Shown one piece after another: positions 36,680-47,792 of a stretch of DNA of 64,000 nucleotides; positions within the stretch are counted from its first letter, which is position 1, and every line of letters starts with the position of its first letter. Source of the DNA: Candidatus Woesearchaeota archaeon (GTDB lineage: Archaea > Nanobdellota > Nanobdellia > Pacearchaeales > UBA284); NCBI GenBank assembly GCA_964354405.1, contig CAYGZP010000001.1, positions 148,879 through 212,878 of the forward strand, read 5' to 3'. Under the pieces are notes generated by a model. The model was given only the letters and a program-made list of their open reading frames with translations, searched no databases and had not been told where the DNA came from. A program made the translations under genes and the position numbers.

Positions 36680-37609
36680 TTATTTTCTGCAATATATTTC
36701 TACCTGATCGCTTATCTTTAATAAATTTACTATATAAGTCAAGGGCAAGAATAATATGTCAAGCAAGGTAAGGATTATCTCGTTTTTCCTAGCATTTAAA
36801 GCATAAATTAAAGAAATTGAGAACTGATTTGGCCTTGAGTTATATCTTATTTTTTCTATTTGGAAGCCCCCCCGTTTCAATTTATCCATGAGTATTTTGT
36901 CAGAATAATCAAATAAATGCCTTGGTACATCAAGTGCATACCAATTCTTTCTAAAGAGCCAATGAGCTAGACAATTATGGTTTGGTACACCAATTATTAA
37001 TATGCCCCCTTTTTTCATTATCCTTTTTATCTCTTGCAAATTTTCTATTGGATTATTGATGTGTTCTAAAACTTGATTTATAGTTATAATGTCAAAGTAA
37101 TTACTTGGATATTTTGCTTTGATTAAGTCTGTGTTTTTTATATTTAAGTCTAATTTTTTAGCATTTTTTTTGTCAAAATTACCTGGCTCGACACCATAAA
37201 CTTCCAAACCAAGTTGTTTCATTTCATAAAGAAACTGCCCAGAACCACAGCCAACATCAAGAAGCTTTTTACTTTTAGAAATAATTGTTCCTCTTAAATA
37301 AAACTTTAACGGCAAAAATAAAAATTTCAGCAGATAATTTCCCTTATGTGGATTAAAGTATACATTGTAAAGTAAAACTCTTAATTTTGATTTTCTTCTC
37401 TTGGTTATCTTGCTGAAAGAGTAATATGATTTTGGATAATGTCTTTCGAGTTCTTTGCCTTGTGGCTGTGGATTTATAAAAATTAGGCCACAACTTTTAC
37501 ATTTTACTATCTTGAATTTTCCAGGAATGTTATGATGTTTGTCTTTAGCATAAAATAGAAATTCAAACTTGTTTTTACTGCAAAATTCACAATTTTTTAT
37601 TTCTCTCAT
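36680..37609 (-). CDS. Class I SAM-dependent methyltransferase with N-terminal Zn ribbon
   Basis: CEFC...CKSC, LLDVGCGSG, VLEH, PRHL. Confidence 0.9.
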   Translation of the reverse strand: MREIKNCEFCSKNKFEFLFYAKDKHHNIPGKFKIVKCKSCGLIFINPQPQGKELERHYPKSYYSFSKITKRRKSKLRVLLYNVYFNPHKGNYLLKFLFLPLKFYLRGTIISKSKKLLDVGCGSGQFLYEMKQLGLEVYGVEPGNFDKKNAKKLDLNIKNTDLIKAKYPSNYFDIITINQVLEHINNPIENLQEIKRIMKKGGILIIGVPNHNCLAHWLFRKNWYALDVPRHLFDYSDKILMDKLKRGGFQIEKIRYNSRPNQFSISLIYALNARKNEIILTLLDILFLPLTYIVNLLKISDQVEIYCRK

Positions 37610-38507
37610 ATCTCTTCCTTAAAATTTCTCCTAAATTTCTTAAATTTATTATATATGCTTTAATCAACAAAAAGAATTTCTTAAAACAAGAAATAATATC
37701 TTTTTTGAAAAAAACAGAAGCCCAATGTATTAAAGAATATTTAATTATGTTTCTTAAGCTATAATTTAACCATTCCAATCTTATCGCATGCTTCTTTTTA
37801 ATGAACCAAACCCTATCTGCTGAAATAGTACCAGTTGATTTAGCCCCAAAATGAACTATAACCGAATTTCCAACATATCCAATATCAAATCCTGCTTTCT
37901 TTGCTCTTTCGCAATAATCGCTTTCTTCACCATAAAAAGGGGAGAATTTTTCATCCAACAATCCTATTTTTTTGATTGTTTTTCTTTTTATTAGAAAACA
38001 TGCCCCGATTATTCCCCCCGCTTTTATTTTTTGAGTGGAAAATATCTCTTTATCTCTCTGTTTGTTTCCTTTTTTAGAATAAGTATAAATTTTAGAATTT
38101 TTAGCAAAAAATTGCAATGAACCATCAGGATAAATTATTCTGCAGCCAAGAATTCCTATTTTTTCATTACTTTCTCCAACTTTAATCATATTGCTTAACC
38201 AATTTCTCTGGATGATTCCAGTATCATCATTGAGGAGCAGAAAGTAATCTGGGTTATAAGTTTTCAAGGCGGTTTTTATGCCTACATTGTTGCTTTTTGC
38301 AAATCCCATATTGTTTTTATTGACAATCAAGTTTATCCAGGGAAATTTTTTCTTTTCTTTCATGCCGATATTCTTTTCGCTGGCATCATCCACTAAGAAA
38401 ACCCTGTAATCTGGATAATTTGTCTTCCTTTTTAAAGATAACAAACACTTTTCTAAAAGCCTTTCCTGATTATATGTCGCTATAATTATTGCAACCTTCT
38501 TAGCCAT
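37587..38507 (-). CDS. GT2 glycosyltransferase
   Basis: VDDAS, LLNDD, EESDYC. Confidence 0.92.
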   Translation of the reverse strand: MAKKVAIIIATYNQERLLEKCLLSLKRKTNYPDYRVFLVDDASEKNIGMKEKKKFPWINLIVNKNNMGFAKSNNVGIKTALKTYNPDYFLLLNDDTGIIQRNWLSNMIKVGESNEKIGILGCRIIYPDGSLQFFAKNSKIYTYSKKGNKQRDKEIFSTQKIKAGGIIGACFLIKRKTIKKIGLLDEKFSPFYGEESDYCERAKKAGFDIGYVGNSVIVHFGAKSTGTISADRVWFIKKKHAIRLEWLNYSLRNIIKYSLIHWASVFFKKDIISCFKKFFLLIKAYIINLRNLGEILRKRYERNKKL

Positions 38508-38652
38508 TTTAGAATTAATTTATCAAGGCATTTAAACATTTATCTTCTCATTTTTCAAGGAAATCTATTTTATTAATCTTTGTAAAAGCTTAAACAAATA
38601 TATATTACATTAGCCAAATCTTTTTAAAGGTAAAATTATCCTTCTTAAGACT

Positions 38653-39948
38653 ATGAAAGTCGTTTTAATAAACCCACCGCAAACAAATTCCTTAGACGAT
38701 CACTTAGACCCCCCTCTGGGCTTAATGTATATAGCTTCTAGTTTAGAAGAACAGAATATAGATGTTTCTATTTGTGATTTATCATCTAAACCTCAAGAAG
38801 AATGGTTAAGTTCAATTTCGCCGGCAGATATCTATGGAATGACTCTTTTCTCAGCGTCATTTAACTCTGCTAGAGAGATTGCAAAAATAATAAAAGAAAG
38901 GGATGGAGCTTCTTTAGTTGTTGCTGGCGGGCCACATGCAACTTCTTTACCAGAAGAAACTATGTCTCATGGGAGATTTGATAGGGTTATAGTTGGTGAA
39001 GGAGAAGTTGAATTCCCCAAATTAGTAAAAGATTTTGAAGATGGGAAAACTATCCCTAAAATAATATATGCTAAACCAATTTCAGATATAGATAATTTAC
39101 CTTTTCCTGCAAGACATTTAGTTGATTTATTGGATTATCATCGGGAGGTAGAAGGAAAAAAAGTCACATCAGTTGTAACTTCTCGTGGATGCCCATATAA
39201 TTGCAATTTTTGTTGTAAAGATGTCCATGGAAGGAGAATTAGATTTAGGAGTGTTGATAATGTGGTCAGGGAACTTAAAGAAGTTATTGAGCATTATGGC
39301 ATTAAATCTTTTATTTTTTATGATGATATTTTTACTCTGAAAAGAGAACGCCTTCTTAAATTATGTGAAAATTTAAAGGAGCTTAATATAACTTTTAGGT
39401 GTAATGGTAGAACAGGCATTAACACTCTTGAAGATTATATGAAACTTAGAGAAGCAGGGTGTGAAGAAATCGCTTTTGGAATAGAATCTGGTTCTCAAAA
39501 GATGCTTGATATGATCAATAAAGGATCTACTGTTGAGAATAACTTTCAAGCGATTACTCTTGCGAAACAAGCCGGTTTAATAACAAAAGCATATCTGGTT
39601 GTGGGATTCCCAGGGGAATCTCAAGAAACCGTGGATGAAACTAAAACATTTATGGTTAGAACAAATCCCGATAAGTATACAGTCTTTGCATTTGTCCCAT
39701 TACCAGGATGTGATGTTTGGAAAAACCCCGGAAGATATGGCATCGTTGAAATTTCGAGAGATTGGAATCAATTTTTTAATATAGCCGGTAATTATGAAGG
39801 GGGGTATCCTTTTAGAACAAATGATTTAGATCCTTCTACAATTAAATTACTTCATGATGATTTAGTTAATTTTTTACTGACTAGAAAAGAAAATTATGGC
39901 CAAACTGGCAAACTACAGCAATATTATCAAAAATTAGAAAGAAGATAA
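38653..39948 (+). CDS. Cobalamin-binding radical SAM protein
   Basis: PPLGL, GGPHAT, GEGE, SRGCPYNCNFC, GIESGS. Confidence 0.92.
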   Translation: MKVVLINPPQTNSLDDHLDPPLGLMYIASSLEEQNIDVSICDLSSKPQEEWLSSISPADIYGMTLFSASFNSAREIAKIIKERDGASLVVAGGPHATSLPEETMSHGRFDRVIVGEGEVEFPKLVKDFEDGKTIPKIIYAKPISDIDNLPFPARHLVDLLDYHREVEGKKVTSVVTSRGCPYNCNFCCKDVHGRRIRFRSVDNVVRELKEVIEHYGIKSFIFYDDIFTLKRERLLKLCENLKELNITFRCNGRTGINTLEDYMKLREAGCEEIAFGIESGSQKMLDMINKGSTVENNFQAITLAKQAGLITKAYLVVGFPGESQETVDETKTFMVRTNPDKYTVFAFVPLPGCDVWKNPGRYGIVEISRDWNQFFNIAGNYEGGYPFRTNDLDPSTIKLLHDDLVNFLLTRKENYGQTGKLQQYYQKLERR

Positions 39949-39988
39949 TTATTCTAGATGTATAAAGACTAAACAAGATTACAGATTC

Positions 39989-41134
39989 TTATTTTTGGTT
40001 TAATAAAACTTTTAAATATTTCTTGCCCCACTTTTCTAAAGAAAGCTCTGCGACAGTTTTATGCTCTCTTTTTAATATTTCCTTTAGTTTCTGCTTGTTT
40101 TCAAAGATATCCAAGATTCTGGAAGCCGCTTTCTTATAATTCTCACTGATTATCAAACCGTTTTTTTCATTAACAATCACTTCTTGTTTAGCGTCTTCAG
40201 AGCAAACTACCAAGCATCCAGATGCCATTGCTTCTGATGTCACAAGTGTTGGGGCTCCTCCTTCATATCTTGAGAGATTGAAGAAAACATCGCAAGAATT
40301 GTAATAAAATGGCATTTTTTCTCTTGGTTGATTTTTCAAAGAAATGATGAATGGCTCATCAATCAAATGTTTTACTTTATTTTTGTCAGGCCCGATGACA
40401 ATAAGCCTGAATTTTCCATTAACTTTATGCAACTCTTCTGCTAATTTGACAACCCGGTCTAATCCCTTAGTATAATATCCCCCCTTGCCCACATAAAGTC
40501 CATAAATCAAATCCCTTTTCAATTTCAACCTTTGTCTTGCCATGCTTTTATTCCTCAATTTAAATAATCTCAAGTCAACTCCGCTCCTTATCATTTGAAC
40601 CTGAGTTCTTTTGTCATAGATGCTTTCCAGTTCTTTCTTCACTTTTTCAGAAACACAGATTATTTTATCAGCTTTTTTCCAAGGAGATAACTCAATATCA
40701 TGACTGAAAGAAAGCAAAGGAGAGAAAAGTATTCTCTTCAAAGCATTAAATCTATCTAAATGATTCTTAAAAAAGAAATAGGCAGTACCATGATAAGTAT
40801 GGATCAATCTTTGATTGTCTCTTTTTTTATATTTTTTCATCCAAGCGCCCCAAATCGCATGTGAGTTTATTATGTCAAAATCATTTTTCTTCAAAAAAGA
40901 AAAAACTCTCTGGTTAAACTGAATCTCATCCAAAGGATATAGCTTGGTGACTTTTAATTCTACATATTTTATATTGTTTTTTGTATAAGTGCTGTCATTC
41001 AAGCCTTTATATACCCAAGTTATATCTGCATTAAATTTTATTAATTTAAGATATCTTATAAAATTGTGCAAATACAAACTTATCCCCCCCAAAAAATTTG
41101 GATTTGATGATATAAAACATATTTTTATTTTCAT
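39989..41134 (-). CDS. GT4 glycosyltransferase
   Basis: SRYEGG..EAMASG. Confidence 0.9.
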   Translation of the reverse strand: MKIKICFISSNPNFLGGISLYLHNFIRYLKLIKFNADITWVYKGLNDSTYTKNNIKYVELKVTKLYPLDEIQFNQRVFSFLKKNDFDIINSHAIWGAWMKKYKKRDNQRLIHTYHGTAYFFFKNHLDRFNALKRILFSPLLSFSHDIELSPWKKADKIICVSEKVKKELESIYDKRTQVQMIRSGVDLRLFKLRNKSMARQRLKLKRDLIYGLYVGKGGYYTKGLDRVVKLAEELHKVNGKFRLIVIGPDKNKVKHLIDEPFIISLKNQPREKMPFYYNSCDVFFNLSRYEGGAPTLVTSEAMASGCLVVCSEDAKQEVIVNEKNGLIISENYKKAASRILDIFENKQKLKEILKREHKTVAELSLEKWGKKYLKVLLNQK

Positions 41135-42060
41135 TTTTCAAGAGTTTTATTAATCTTTTCAGGACCTAAAAAATAAACTTTCAACAATAAAAAGATATTG
41201 CTAATTGCATCTTTCCGGAATATAAAATTTCCAATTTTAGTAAGTTTCTCTTGATCTTTCTTTTTTCTAAAAATTGCAACTAAGGGAAGAAATACAAAAA
41301 GCCTAAAGAATTTATTCCAACCCCTTAAGTGCCTCCTTGAAAAGATTATATCATTTTTAAAACGAACTAAAAGTTTATTCTTGTTTTCAATAGAATTTAT
41401 AGTTTTTCCTTTGTTGTGAATAGTCTTAATAGAAGTAATGACTTTTATAGAATATCCAATCTCTTTCGCTCTTAAACAATAATCAGTATCTTCTAAAAGA
41501 TAGGGGGTAAAAATCTCATCATATCCTCCAATTTTATTAACAACCTCCCGTTTAATAAGCATGCAAGGCCCCATAAAATGATCTACATCTAAAATAGCAT
41601 TTTTTTCAAATTTCAAAATTTTTGTTAATTCCCATTTTTTTAAATATCCCCCTACATCTTGCAAACTTCCATCAGGATAAATTAATTGGCATCCAATAAT
41701 TCCTACCTTATCATCACTTTCCCCCAATTCAACCATCTTCTTAAGCCAGTTTTTCTGAATGATTTCAATATCGTCGTTCAATAGCAAGATATAGTCTGGA
41801 TTGTAGTCTTTCAATGAAATATTTAACCCCCTGTTAGAGGATTTAGGAAATCCCAAATTTTTTTGATTAATTATAACTCTTACCCAAGGAAAATTTTTTC
41901 TTATAACCTCACCTATTTTTCCTTTTCCACTATCATCCATTAAATACACCTTATATCTTTTATAATCTGTTTTTATTTTTAATGATCTCAAGCATACATC
42001 TAATAGAACATTTTGATTATATGTACTAATTATTATCGCAACTTTCTTTTCCCTTTCCAT
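41131..42060 (-). CDS. GT2 glycosyltransferase
   Basis: LLNDD, EDTDYC; paralog of 37587-38507. Confidence 0.92.
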   Translation of the reverse strand: MEREKKVAIIISTYNQNVLLDVCLRSLKIKTDYKRYKVYLMDDSGKGKIGEVIRKNFPWVRVIINQKNLGFPKSSNRGLNISLKDYNPDYILLLNDDIEIIQKNWLKKMVELGESDDKVGIIGCQLIYPDGSLQDVGGYLKKWELTKILKFEKNAILDVDHFMGPCMLIKREVVNKIGGYDEIFTPYLLEDTDYCLRAKEIGYSIKVITSIKTIHNKGKTINSIENKNKLLVRFKNDIIFSRRHLRGWNKFFRLFVFLPLVAIFRKKKDQEKLTKIGNFIFRKDAISNIFLLLKVYFLGPEKINKTLEK

Positions 42061-42086
42061 TTTGGTTTTGTCGATTTATTATAATC

Positions 42087-42896
42087 TTATAATTTATACC
42101 CTAATAAGTAAGGAACTCCCCTTAAAATCCTTAAAATTAAACTTTTGAATGATAATGAGAAATCGCTGAAATAAAATCTTCTGAAATGCATCTTACTATG
42201 AATTAAATCTTTGTAAATCCCTCTTTTCGTCAAATCTTTTGTGGTTCTGCCCCACCTATAAGTTCTTTTCCAGAATCTAATGATGCTTGAAGGCTCCATG
42301 TGCCACACCGCCCTAGGCAACTTACCAATGTTCTTACTAATTCTGCTGACTTCATAATAAATTATTGCATGATCGTGCGCAGCGCATATCGGCAAAGCCC
42401 GCTTAGGAACATGATTCATTCCCTTCATCAAAACATCCTTTCTGTAGAATCTGGCGAGGATTACCCCCCCAACTGCATCTATAAATTTTGGAGAGTGTTT
42501 CTGTGTAAGTTTTCTATCAGCTTCAAATAGTTTTTCAAGGAAACTTGTGGGTTTATATGTGAACTCCTGAAGCCATAACATCTCATATCGCTGTAATAGT
42601 TTAGCTCCTCTTGCCAAGGCTGTTTTTTCTAAAATTTGATCAGAGTCAAGCAACAAGACAAACTTTCCCTTGCTTGCTTTTGCTCCAACATATCTTGCTC
42701 CAAGGAGAGAGCCAGGATATTGGATGATTTTACATCCATACTTTTTGGCAATTTCTAATGTCTTGTCTTTGCTGTTGCTGTCAATGATTATGGTCTCAAA
42801 ATTCTTGAAAGTTTGTTTTTGCAGGGATTTTAAACATAATTCAAGAGTTCTTGCCGAGTTGTATGTAGGAATGTTTACCGAGACAAGGGGTTTCAT
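42087..42896 (-). CDS. GT2 glycosyltransferase
   Basis: IPTYN, IDSNSKD.T, LDSD. Confidence 0.9.
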   Translation of the reverse strand: MKPLVSVNIPTYNSARTLELCLKSLQKQTFKNFETIIIDSNSKDKTLEIAKKYGCKIIQYPGSLLGARYVGAKASKGKFVLLLDSDQILEKTALARGAKLLQRYEMLWLQEFTYKPTSFLEKLFEADRKLTQKHSPKFIDAVGGVILARFYRKDVLMKGMNHVPKRALPICAAHDHAIIYYEVSRISKNIGKLPRAVWHMEPSSIIRFWKRTYRWGRTTKDLTKRGIYKDLIHSKMHFRRFYFSDFSLSFKSLILRILRGVPYLLGYKL

Positions 42897-43933
42897 TTTA
42901 ATTTTTCAAAGACTTTTTCATACTGTTTAGCAATTATGTTCCAATCAAATTTTTTGCTGAATTTAAATGCTTCTTTTCCCATTCTAATTCTTATTTTTTT
43001 AGATTTTATAAATTGCAAGCTTTTGTCTTTGAATTCTTTATAGCTATTAGCCAAAAATCCAGTTTTATTGTTCTTTATTACTTCGGGCATTGAACATAGA
43101 TTATATGCAATGCTTGGCTTGCCGCATGCAGCAGCTTCCAAGAAAATTAATCCGAATCCTTCCCATTTTGAAGTAGAGACAAAGAAAGAGCACTCTTGAT
43201 ATAATTTTATTAGCTTTTTTCTTGAAACCTTTCCTGAAAACTTAACTTTATTTGCATGAATTCTATAGGCATATCTCTTCAATTTTTCAGTCAATGGTCC
43301 AGAGCCAGCGATTGCCAATGGAAAATTTGTATCTTTGCTCAATTTTATTAGCTCATGGATTCTTTTATGCGGCTCGTGCCTGCCGACAAAAAGCATGTAT
43401 CCGTTGTCTTTCCATAGGGGGTTGAATTCATCTGAAACTCCATCATTAATCACCACAATCTTTTCTTTGGATACACTTTTAGAAAGTTCTCTTGATAAAT
43501 ATTGAGATATAGTAATATTTTTCTTGTTTCTATTTAATGTAGATAGGACTCGCCAATTTAATATTTTCCTTAGCGGATTTTTGTTTATTGGTGAACCATT
43601 CCAAGTAACTACTGTTGGCAATCCTTTAAATGCAGGATTTAATGCAGAGTGATGCACATTGAACAGGTCAAAATTATATTTTTTATTTAATGATAATATC
43701 TCTTTCCTCAATTGTCTTATTTTATTAAAATAGAAATAATCTCCAATGCTTCCTGTATAAAGTTTGTTGGATTTTATTCTAATTATCTTAAAATTCTTTT
43801 CTTTGAATCCTTTGGTTTCAGAAGCTATAACATAAACTTTATGTCGTTTGCCGAGTCTTTTGGCTAATTCATAGATTACTGTGTCTGCCCCCCGGCCTTC
43901 AATAAACGTGTCATTGACAAAAGCTATTTTCAT
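42893..43933 (-). CDS. GT4 glycosyltransferase
   Basis: EGFGLIFLEAAACG. Confidence 0.92.
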   Translation of the reverse strand: MKIAFVNDTFIEGRGADTVIYELAKRLGKRHKVYVIASETKGFKEKNFKIIRIKSNKLYTGSIGDYFYFNKIRQLRKEILSLNKKYNFDLFNVHHSALNPAFKGLPTVVTWNGSPINKNPLRKILNWRVLSTLNRNKKNITISQYLSRELSKSVSKEKIVVINDGVSDEFNPLWKDNGYMLFVGRHEPHKRIHELIKLSKDTNFPLAIAGSGPLTEKLKRYAYRIHANKVKFSGKVSRKKLIKLYQECSFFVSTSKWEGFGLIFLEAAACGKPSIAYNLCSMPEVIKNNKTGFLANSYKEFKDKSLQFIKSKKIRIRMGKEAFKFSKKFDWNIIAKQYEKVFEKLK

Positions 43934-43965
43934 AGTAACTCAAAGGAATAAAGATTTATAAGTTT

Positions 43966-44973
43966 TTATAAGACGCAGATTAAAGTTAATATTGCCAAAA
44001 ATATCTCTAAAATAACTAAACTTAAAACTACATCATTTTCATATACTTTATGTGACGGTTTGATTTTTTTCAGAAGTTTTAAAGCAACATGTGTTAAGCT
44101 GTAAGTTCGTTTGTAAGGTGCTTCAAGTGAATTATCTTTATTTACTTTGCCGAAGTTTTCTGCCTTGAATCCACCGAATGCTTTAAGAATTCCTTCAATG
44201 ATAAACGGGATAAACAATATCAGGGCAAGTTTTTCAATATTGCCCAGGATTGCGAAACACGCGATGAGCGCGCCAATTCCATAAGTTAATGTGTCACCCG
44301 GAAAAACTTTTGCAGGAAATTTATTGAAAACCAGAAATCCAAGCAAAGCAAAAACAATAATTCCTGCAATAAGAACAAGCCATATATGCCCTGTTGCCAG
44401 AGAAATTGCCCCCAATGTCAAAAATATTATTGTCCCTAAACTTGCTTCTAAGCCATTATAACCCGCTAAAAGGTTTACACCATTTGTTGTTCCAACAACC
44501 GCAAGCAAAACAATAACTAAAGGATAAAACAAGCCAAAATCTATCAAGCCAAGAAAAGGAACAGACATTATATGCTGTCCTGCATTTATTACCATCAAAG
44601 GAATTGCTATTGGAATCGTCATTAAAATCTTCTGCCATCCCGCAATACCTTTCTTCCATCCAAGAATATCATCAACAAATCCTATGAAACATGCAAGTAA
44701 TAGTGTAATGACCAGAATTAAAATTTCAACAAGATTTGTCATTGAATTAAGAACAAAAGTTTTGAAAAAGATGTAGAGCATGATTGTCAAGACAATTGAA
44801 ATGACAACCGCGATTCCTCCTGCTTCTGCCACAGGAGGCTTGGAATATTTGTTCATGTCTTTGCCCTCAAGCTTGTTTCTCTTTGCCACAGAAATCCACC
44901 ATTTTGTTAGTAAAATCGCGACTAAGAAAGCTACAATAAAATGCAATATCGCTATGAAAACTTCTCCGTCCAT
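43966..44973 (-). CDS. UDP-GlcNAc:dolichyl-phosphate GlcNAc-1-P transferase (AglH/Alg7-like)
   Basis: GKDMNK, GFVDD, NLLAGYNGLE, PAKVFPGD. Confidence 0.9.
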   Translation of the reverse strand: MDGEVFIAILHFIVAFLVAILLTKWWISVAKRNKLEGKDMNKYSKPPVAEAGGIAVVISIVLTIMLYIFFKTFVLNSMTNLVEILILVITLLLACFIGFVDDILGWKKGIAGWQKILMTIPIAIPLMVINAGQHIMSVPFLGLIDFGLFYPLVIVLLAVVGTTNGVNLLAGYNGLEASLGTIIFLTLGAISLATGHIWLVLIAGIIVFALLGFLVFNKFPAKVFPGDTLTYGIGALIACFAILGNIEKLALILFIPFIIEGILKAFGGFKAENFGKVNKDNSLEAPYKRTYSLTHVALKLLKKIKPSHKVYENDVVLSLVILEIFLAILTLICVL

Positions 44974-44983
44974 TTTCGAGTTA

Positions 44984-47725
44984 TTAAGTACCAAGATAAT
45001 CTAATTTAGCCCATCCTTTATCAACATCTATGTTAACCCCCAGTTCTCTGTACTCTGGATAATCTTTGATTTCAGGTGGATAATTAACTTTCCATATTTT
45101 TATCGGCCCGAGCAAATCATTAGTATAAAGGAAATCTCCGATAGTTACATTATAAACATCTCTCAATTGTTGGATAAATAATGCATCTTCTTGATGCACT
45201 AACTCAAAATTTTCAGTTTCATTTAACAAGTAAAGCCTAACCCATTGAGTCTTAGCAGCCTTTTCACTTATATAGAAAGCAGCGCCCATGTTGTTTACTC
45301 CTTGTTGGGTTATTCTTGGGATAATATAGAATGTAGTATTGAGAGCAGCCTTATCTTTGGCTATATCATATCTTTGATTGTTTATATATACATATCGGAC
45401 TGGAATCCTAAACTGCTGCTTATTGGAAAACAACACAGCCTGGACATCATTTATTGTAGTTGTCTCTTTATCAATCACAAGTATAAAACCTGCAATTCCA
45501 GAAGAGCTCGCAGGGAATATTTGATTGTTCCAAGTCAGGTCTTCATCTAACATAGCTCCGCCTGTATAAACGTATGCTGTTTCATTCTTGCTGTCTTGAG
45601 TCTGTGCTTCATTTAAAACATAAGTCGAAACCCAGCTTAATCTGTCTCTTCCTGTTGAATCGCTTCCAATGCTGCCATAAGCAGGATACTTCCCGATATC
45701 CGTAGAATCTATTAAAACATATGAAACATTATGTGCTTTGCAAAATTGCAATGCCGTCTTTTCATTTTGGGCAGTTAACAAATAACGTCCTATAAAATGG
45801 TCCCATTCTGTAACTGCGTGAGCTCCATCAGTCACTGTTGCTCTTTCTCCTAAAGTCTGAACCCAGAAACCATAATCCCACCAATGCGCGAATATTGCAT
45901 CTTGTGCTGTGTTTTCTCTAGTCCATGCCATTGCTTGCTGCCATTGCTGATAATAAGGCCCAGGGATAGTATACTTTGCCTGGGTTGCAGAATTCTTTGT
46001 GTAGTTTATGAAAGTCAGCACAAGGAATATTGCTGCGACAATTATAACACACCACAACAAAATCTTATAAAGGTCATCTTTTGTCTTTGAGATATATTCA
46101 GAAATTTTTACAGGCAAGAACGCTGCAGCTAAAATCAAAGCAGGAGAGATGATGAAAAACAGTCTTATTGCCCCCCTCATAGAGATAATCATCCAAAATA
46201 TGAAAGCTAAAGTTAATAAATATGAAAAATTGATTTCTTTGAAGTCCTGAAGTGTCTTGTCGTCCTTTTTCACATAGGCCCTAATATATATGCTGATTAA
46301 AGCAACAACAAAAACAATCAAACCACCAAAATATAAAAATCTGCTTATAAAATTCTCACCATTAAGGAAACTTGTTGGAGAAATTCTGCTAAAAATAAAT
46401 GTCAATAGGAATAAAATAAATAAAATATTGAGCCATATTTTCTTTTTCTTGTCAAAATGTTTTACGGCTTCGTAGAATAACAATATTGTTCCAGCAAAGA
46501 AAACCCAAAATAGCCAGGAGAAACTCGTGAAAACTTCTACAAAGAAAGGAGCTTTATTCTCAGCGACTGTCAATCCAATTCTCTCGCGGCCAAAAGGATA
46601 AAGTAATCTTTCAACAATCATAGAAAATGCATTTGGAATAAAACTCGGACCGAAAACAACTAGCGCACCCAACAAAGCGATTATCGCCCCTACAATTAAA
46701 CTTATTATGCTCTCAGGTAATTTTATCTTGTCCTTGATTTTTTTCAATTTTGTGTTAAACAAGAGAGCATCTACAACTAAAATTGATAACATTACAGAAG
46801 CCAAAGCAGTATCGCTGAAACTAGTAAATAATCCTGATATGCTGGCCCCCCTAATAAGAGATGAAATTAAAGAGACAATCGCCCATATTGCATAGATAAG
46901 AAAATTTTTCTTTTTCTGTTTTTCAAACAAGAACACTAAGAATGTGGCTAGAGTGAAAGTCATAAAAATATAACGGTAACCTCCCCACGCAAAAATCATT
47001 AACCCCGTTGAAATACCTGAAAGCAAAGCAAAGAGTATAATTTTCTTCAAGTTCTTTTCTTGCCATGCCGAGACAAAGAATAAGAAAGCTAGCCAGAAGA
47101 ATAACATGCCCAATCCTTCTATTTCAGGAATGCCTCCTGTTGTTCTGTGCAGCATTTCAGGAATAACCGCATAAAATGCAGTGGCTATTAGCGCGATGAT
47201 TGTTGAATTAGTCTTGTTTGTGGCTGATAAAAATAGTTTTCTGACAAAGAAGAAAAATACCAGTAAAGTTAAAGACACTAGGATTACAGGTAATATAATT
47301 GACGCAAATTCTAATGTTGCAGTGGGAGGCTCAAAGAATACATCAAGAATTTTGTAGAGTGCCACAATCGCCCAGGGCATTAAGTTAGTTTTAGCATAAT
47401 TAGCAGTTCCGACTGGTGCTCCCCTCATAATATCCGGCTCTTTTAAAGTATGACTAACAATTTCATGAGCGTGTCTCAGATAAAGATAAGGATCCAAGTC
47501 AGGGCCCAAAGTATAGTTCCCGTCTGTTATATCTTTAAGTTGCGAAATATTTTGAGTTCTGATCCATGTCGAGAGAATTATTATTACAAGTAAAACAACA
47601 ATTGTAATCAAGCCAAACAAGAATTTTTGAGATTTCCAATCAATTTTGAATCTATTCTTTTCTTTTTTTATTTCGGGCTTTACTTCACTTTTTTCTTCTT
47701 TGTTTTCAACAATTTCCCCAGCCAT
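44984..47725 (-). CDS. aglB: Oligosaccharyltransferase AglB (STT3)
   Basis: DPY, TVAE, WWDYG and DIGK motifs; polytopic. Confidence 0.95.
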   Translation of the reverse strand: MAGEIVENKEEKSEVKPEIKKEKNRFKIDWKSQKFLFGLITIVVLLVIIILSTWIRTQNISQLKDITDGNYTLGPDLDPYLYLRHAHEIVSHTLKEPDIMRGAPVGTANYAKTNLMPWAIVALYKILDVFFEPPTATLEFASIILPVILVSLTLLVFFFFVRKLFLSATNKTNSTIIALIATAFYAVIPEMLHRTTGGIPEIEGLGMLFFWLAFLFFVSAWQEKNLKKIILFALLSGISTGLMIFAWGGYRYIFMTFTLATFLVFLFEKQKKKNFLIYAIWAIVSLISSLIRGASISGLFTSFSDTALASVMLSILVVDALLFNTKLKKIKDKIKLPESIISLIVGAIIALLGALVVFGPSFIPNAFSMIVERLLYPFGRERIGLTVAENKAPFFVEVFTSFSWLFWVFFAGTILLFYEAVKHFDKKKKIWLNILFILFLLTFIFSRISPTSFLNGENFISRFLYFGGLIVFVVALISIYIRAYVKKDDKTLQDFKEINFSYLLTLAFIFWMIISMRGAIRLFFIISPALILAAAFLPVKISEYISKTKDDLYKILLWCVIIVAAIFLVLTFINYTKNSATQAKYTIPGPYYQQWQQAMAWTRENTAQDAIFAHWWDYGFWVQTLGERATVTDGAHAVTEWDHFIGRYLLTAQNEKTALQFCKAHNVSYVLIDSTDIGKYPAYGSIGSDSTGRDRLSWVSTYVLNEAQTQDSKNETAYVYTGGAMLDEDLTWNNQIFPASSSGIAGFILVIDKETTTINDVQAVLFSNKQQFRIPVRYVYINNQRYDIAKDKAALNTTFYIIPRITQQGVNNMGAAFYISEKAAKTQWVRLYLLNETENFELVHQEDALFIQQLRDVYNVTIGDFLYTNDLLGPIKIWKVNYPPEIKDYPEYRELGVNIDVDKGWAKLDYLGT

Positions 47726-47792
47726 GATTAGATTAAAAAAATGGTACTTTTATACCTTTTTGTCTTTATATTTACTATTTTTTAATTATTTT

